Part shown: in pieces, positions 60,331 through 64,000 of the stretch | Layout: every line of letters starts with the position of its first letter | How positions within the stretch are numbered: the first letter of the stretch is position 1 | DNA from: Antechinus flavipes | Taxonomy: Eukaryota | Length of the DNA: 64,000 nucleotides | Assembly (NCBI RefSeq): GCF_016432865.1 | Contig: NC_067401.1 | Coordinates: 64,790,001 to 64,854,000 of the forward strand | Reading direction: 5' to 3' | Notes under the pieces: generated by a model | Database searches by the model: none | Seen by the model: the letters and a program-made list of their open reading frames with translations, nothing else | What the model was told of the DNA's origin: nothing | Translations under genes and position numbers: made by a program

Positions 60331-61649
60331 CTTAAGATTTACTGACCACAGTTTAAAAAAAAAAAAAAAAGGAAAAAAAAACAAACCTCTATTCCATAGG
60401 AACCGGTATAAATTAATGATGTCTTAAATCATTGGATATTTCCAAAGAAATGCAATTCATATGCTTTCAAGTTCTGTCAACAATTAGCACTAAGCTTATG
60501 CTCCAAGGCCTACTTGAGGGTCCTAGGGGGATCTGCTTTAATGAAGTAGATAAGAATGATTGGTGATTAACATATTAATTGCATGGATAGGAGGTGTTTC
60601 CAAAGTTCTTAAGGATGTTTAGAAAGCAGTCAGGATCTGTACACCTCAAAGGGTTGTCCTGAAAGTGCAGTATGAATACTGCTTTGAAAAGTGCAAGTAT
60701 AAAGGAGTATTTTTGCCATTGCCATGAATAACATTAACATTGCATATATGAAAACTGTAAGCCTCTTCCCCACTATCTTACAACACACATCCATCATCCA
60801 TCCAATCTTGTTTAGTTTGTCTAGTAAACTTTTTGTCCCTTATATACAAAGGCAAACTTCAACCCTTGTGATTTATCACAAATTACAAAATGGCGACATC
60901 CAAGTCAATGAATTTTATGACAAATAGCTTAATTCATCCCATAATTCAATTCTTCAAGCAAACTAGCTCAGAGTCTCCCCCCCTTCTCTTCTCCATCCTA
61001 TGATGAGGCCCTAGGGATTGACTTCTCTCAGAATTCTGGGCTGCATATGGGGCTGGAAGCCAGGGAATTCCTTATCTCATGTCTCCCATTGACCATTGGC
61101 CAGCTGTGTGGCTTTGGGCAAGTCTCTTACATCCTCTGTCTCATTTCCACATCTGAAAATAAAGGATAATAACTTCTCACCGGGGACCAGAAAGATTGTG
61201 AGTTAATATCTATAAAACATTTATATGACATAAAAGGACACATTCTTATTCATCTTTCTCTGAAATAAAGGTGCAGACTGAACATCTGCTTATAAAACCA
61301 GGATATTTGGACATTGTTTCTCTTGACAGAGATTGTGTCCTGCCTTAAAAATTCACTTTAACCTGGTGGAAACAAACTAAATGGTTCAGACTTCCCCCAT
61401 GTCTGAGTAACTGAGATGCCATATTCTCTTGCCTTTGGAGCATCTATTTATCAGATTATGGCAGATGCACCAAAGTGGCTAAATTAGTTTATGACTGGAT
61501 GTTATATCTATCAAGAAGGAAGAAAAAAAAAGTCTAATTTAAATCTTTGAAAGTGGAAGAGCTTTCCTTGCTGATAACATTCCAGGGGGAATAGAGGAAG
61601 GAGCAAGGATTTATCCAGTTACAATATCTCAAAGTTGAAAGCTTCCATT

Positions 61650-62770
61650 TCAATAGTATTTTATTTTTCCAACAACACAAAAAGATAGTTTTCAACATTC
61701 ATTTTTGAAAGATTTTGGATTCCAATTTTTTTCTCCTTCTCTCTCTCTTCCCTCTTCCTCCCCAAGAGAGCAAACAATCAGATATAGGTTATACATGTAC
61801 ATTTTAAACATTTCCATATTAGTCTTGTTGTAAAAGAAAAGTCAGAACAAAATGGGAAAGTCCACAAGAAAAAACAAAGGTGAAAATAGTATGCTTTAAT
61901 CTGCATTCAGTCTCCATGGTTGTTATTTTCTATCCCAACTCTATCAGAATTGTCTTAGATTTCTATATTGCTGAGAAGGTTAAGTCTATCATATATCTTG
62001 CTGTTACTGTACAATGCCCTGCTGGTTCTGCTCACTTCACTCAGCATTAGTTCATATAAGTCTTTCCAGGCTTTTCTAAAATGAACCTGCTCATCATTTC
62101 TTATAGAACAATAATATACCATTGCATTTATATGCCATACCTTATTCAGCCATTCCCCATTAATGTGTATTCTTTCTATTTCCAATGTTTTGCCACTATA
62201 AAATGAGCTGCTATGAATATTTTGCACATATAGAACCTTTTCCTTTTTCTTTGGTCTCTTTGGAATACAGTTCTAGCAGTTGTATTACTATATTAAAGAC
62301 ATATATAATTTTATAGCCCTTTAGGCATAGTTCTAAATTGCTTTCTAGAAGAGTTGAATCAGTTCATAATTCAACCAACAATGCATCTGGTCCCAATTTT
62401 TTTCACATCCTCTCCAACATTTATCATTTTTATTTTTTGTGGTATCATCCAATCTGATAGGTGTGCAATGATACTTAGAGCTGTTTTAATTTACATTTCT
62501 CTAATTAATCATAATTTATAATTTTATATGACTAAAGATAGTTTTGATTATTTTTCTGAAAACTGCCTGTTTGTATCTTTTGACTATTTATCAATTCCTG
62601 ATATTTTAGTCTTCTTCAGGAAAGAAGGACAAAATAAAGCAACAATTGGGTAATGACGTTCATTCTTTAAATTTGACTCAATTTTGCATATATTTGAGAA
62701 ACAACAGAAAAACTTGTCATAAAAAATATTTTCCCATTTTTCTGCTTTCCTTCTAATGTTGGTTTCATTG
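61650..62770 (-). mobile_element. Old LINE-1 3' portion (ORF2 C-terminus plus 3'UTR)
   Basis: The ORF at 61955-62227 contains NKVWHINAMVYYCSIRNDEQVHFRKAWKDLYELMLSEVSRTSR, homologous to the end of the 439-aa L1 ORF. Confidence 0.9.
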
Positions 62771-62939
62771 GTTTTGTTTATGCACAGTGTTTTTAATTAA
62801 GTAGAACATTATTAAGTATTTACTATGAGCTATACATTGTCCTAAGCACTGGTTTAGCAAACAAAACAATCCCTACTCCCAAATAGTTTATGCTTTGAAA
62901 GCACTTTATATATGCTATTTCATTATATCTTCCCAACAC

Positions 62940-63130
62940 GTTTGTTTCATTACTGGATGACTCTAATTGTAAGGAAAGTTTTCCTGGTGTCAAAGCTAAA
63001 CTTTACAACTTCTTTACAACTTCCACCCATTGCTCTGAGTCTTACCCTCTTAGGATTAGAAGGACATAAATTTATTCTCGATGTAGATCAATTTGAAAAA
63101 AGATATGATGTTCCTGGCTCAACCTCTGTC
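62940..63130 (-). mobile_element. CR1/L3 fragment
   Basis: ggatgactctaattgtaaggaaagttttcctggtgtcaaagctaaac...aacttccacccattgctctgag. Confidence 0.6.
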
Positions 63131-64000
63131 TTAGTCATTTTTTTTTCTTTCTCCTGGCAAAATATTCTGTTGTTGTTTTTTTTTTTTTTTTCAATTGATC
63201 CTTATATTTCTAACACTGATTACTCTGGCCCTCACTGCCTAAAAGCCAGTGTTACATTTCCCTTCCCTCAGTTTTCTCTCATGTTTCTAAAGGATTATGG
63301 AGGGAGTCTAGGCTGTCTGCTATTGACTTCAGCCCCCATTGATGGTGTTCCCCCAATTGTAGGGGCTCTGCACCCAAGAATATTATACAAATATTCTCTC
63401 TAATACCTAGGGGCATAAATACCTAATTGCCATCACCACCATCCCCCAATCACTTCTGGGATGAGAGGGGTATTAGATCCACAGATTAGTTTAGTTCCTA
63501 TATAACACAATTCCAAGTTTCAATTCCAAAACCCACCTTGGGCTTTAGTCCCAGACACCCTGGTTTCTTCAGGCTTCCCTGCTGGGCTGGCTCACTATAC
63601 AAGCAGTCTAAAATCTGGCCTCCAAGGTTGCCAAGGCTCAACTTCTCAGACTACAGTGAGAATTCAATTGCTTGCACCTAGAATTAAGGAGAAATGAAAC
63701 ATACCAGGATAAAATCCCAAGCCTATAGGAAAGGAGAAGGGAAAGTAGCTCTCCCTATACACACACATACATACACCCCACCAGCATCACTATTATCAGT
63801 TCATAGTGCCATATTGTGAGAGAATTTAGACCTTAGGCCTTTCTGGATGCAGCTAAAAGAGATCAAGAGCATTCCAATCTGATTGTTTGTAGCCTGTTCC
63901 AGCCTTGAAGCCAATGGAAATAAGCCATTTCTAATATACGGAATTTAAAGTTTATCTTTACCCTAGTTGTCCTTTTCTGGGCACTATCCAGGTTTTTCAA

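Noticed and set aside
62912-63403. 163-aa ORF, the second-longest gap-free ORF
   Set aside because: Starts with TTG, runs through a CR1/L3 remnant and a poly-T tract, and has no domain similarity.
1-64000. CRISPR arrays, rRNA, operon-like or prokaryotic systems
   Set aside because: There are no regularly spaced direct repeats with unique spacers and no rRNA motifs; the sequence is eukaryotic non-coding DNA.

Overview
This is AT-rich, CpG-depleted, repeat-dense mammalian DNA with five assembly gaps. The repeat set (MAR1-type tRNA-CORE SINEs with RTE-derived tails, abundant MIR, L2 and CR1/L3, marsupial-type L1 3' ends) indicates a marsupial; a dasyurid such as the Tasmanian devil is my inference. 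I recognise no host protein-coding exon or RNA gene, so the window is intergenic or lies in a long intron. The only long ORF (439 aa, 23870-25189, minus) is the C-terminal third of L1 ORF2 in a young 5'-truncated L1. The main non-repeat feature is a ~600 bp CpG-rich island at 33.5-34.1 kb. It carries a strong CTCF motif, NF-Y/HOX/TCF/RUNX motifs, a possible minus-strand TATA, first exon and donor, and a dense cluster of minus-strand hairpins (two GNRA tetraloops and a perfect 10-bp stem followed by U5). A second regulatory candidate (CTCF plus bZIP motifs) lies at 59.7-59.9 kb. The repeats record nested insertions, a solo LTR with TSD, a hAT MITE with TIR and TSD, and a possible ~6 kb inversion splitting an old L1. 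Repeat family names come from recalled consensus similarity, and boundaries of old repeats are approximate.
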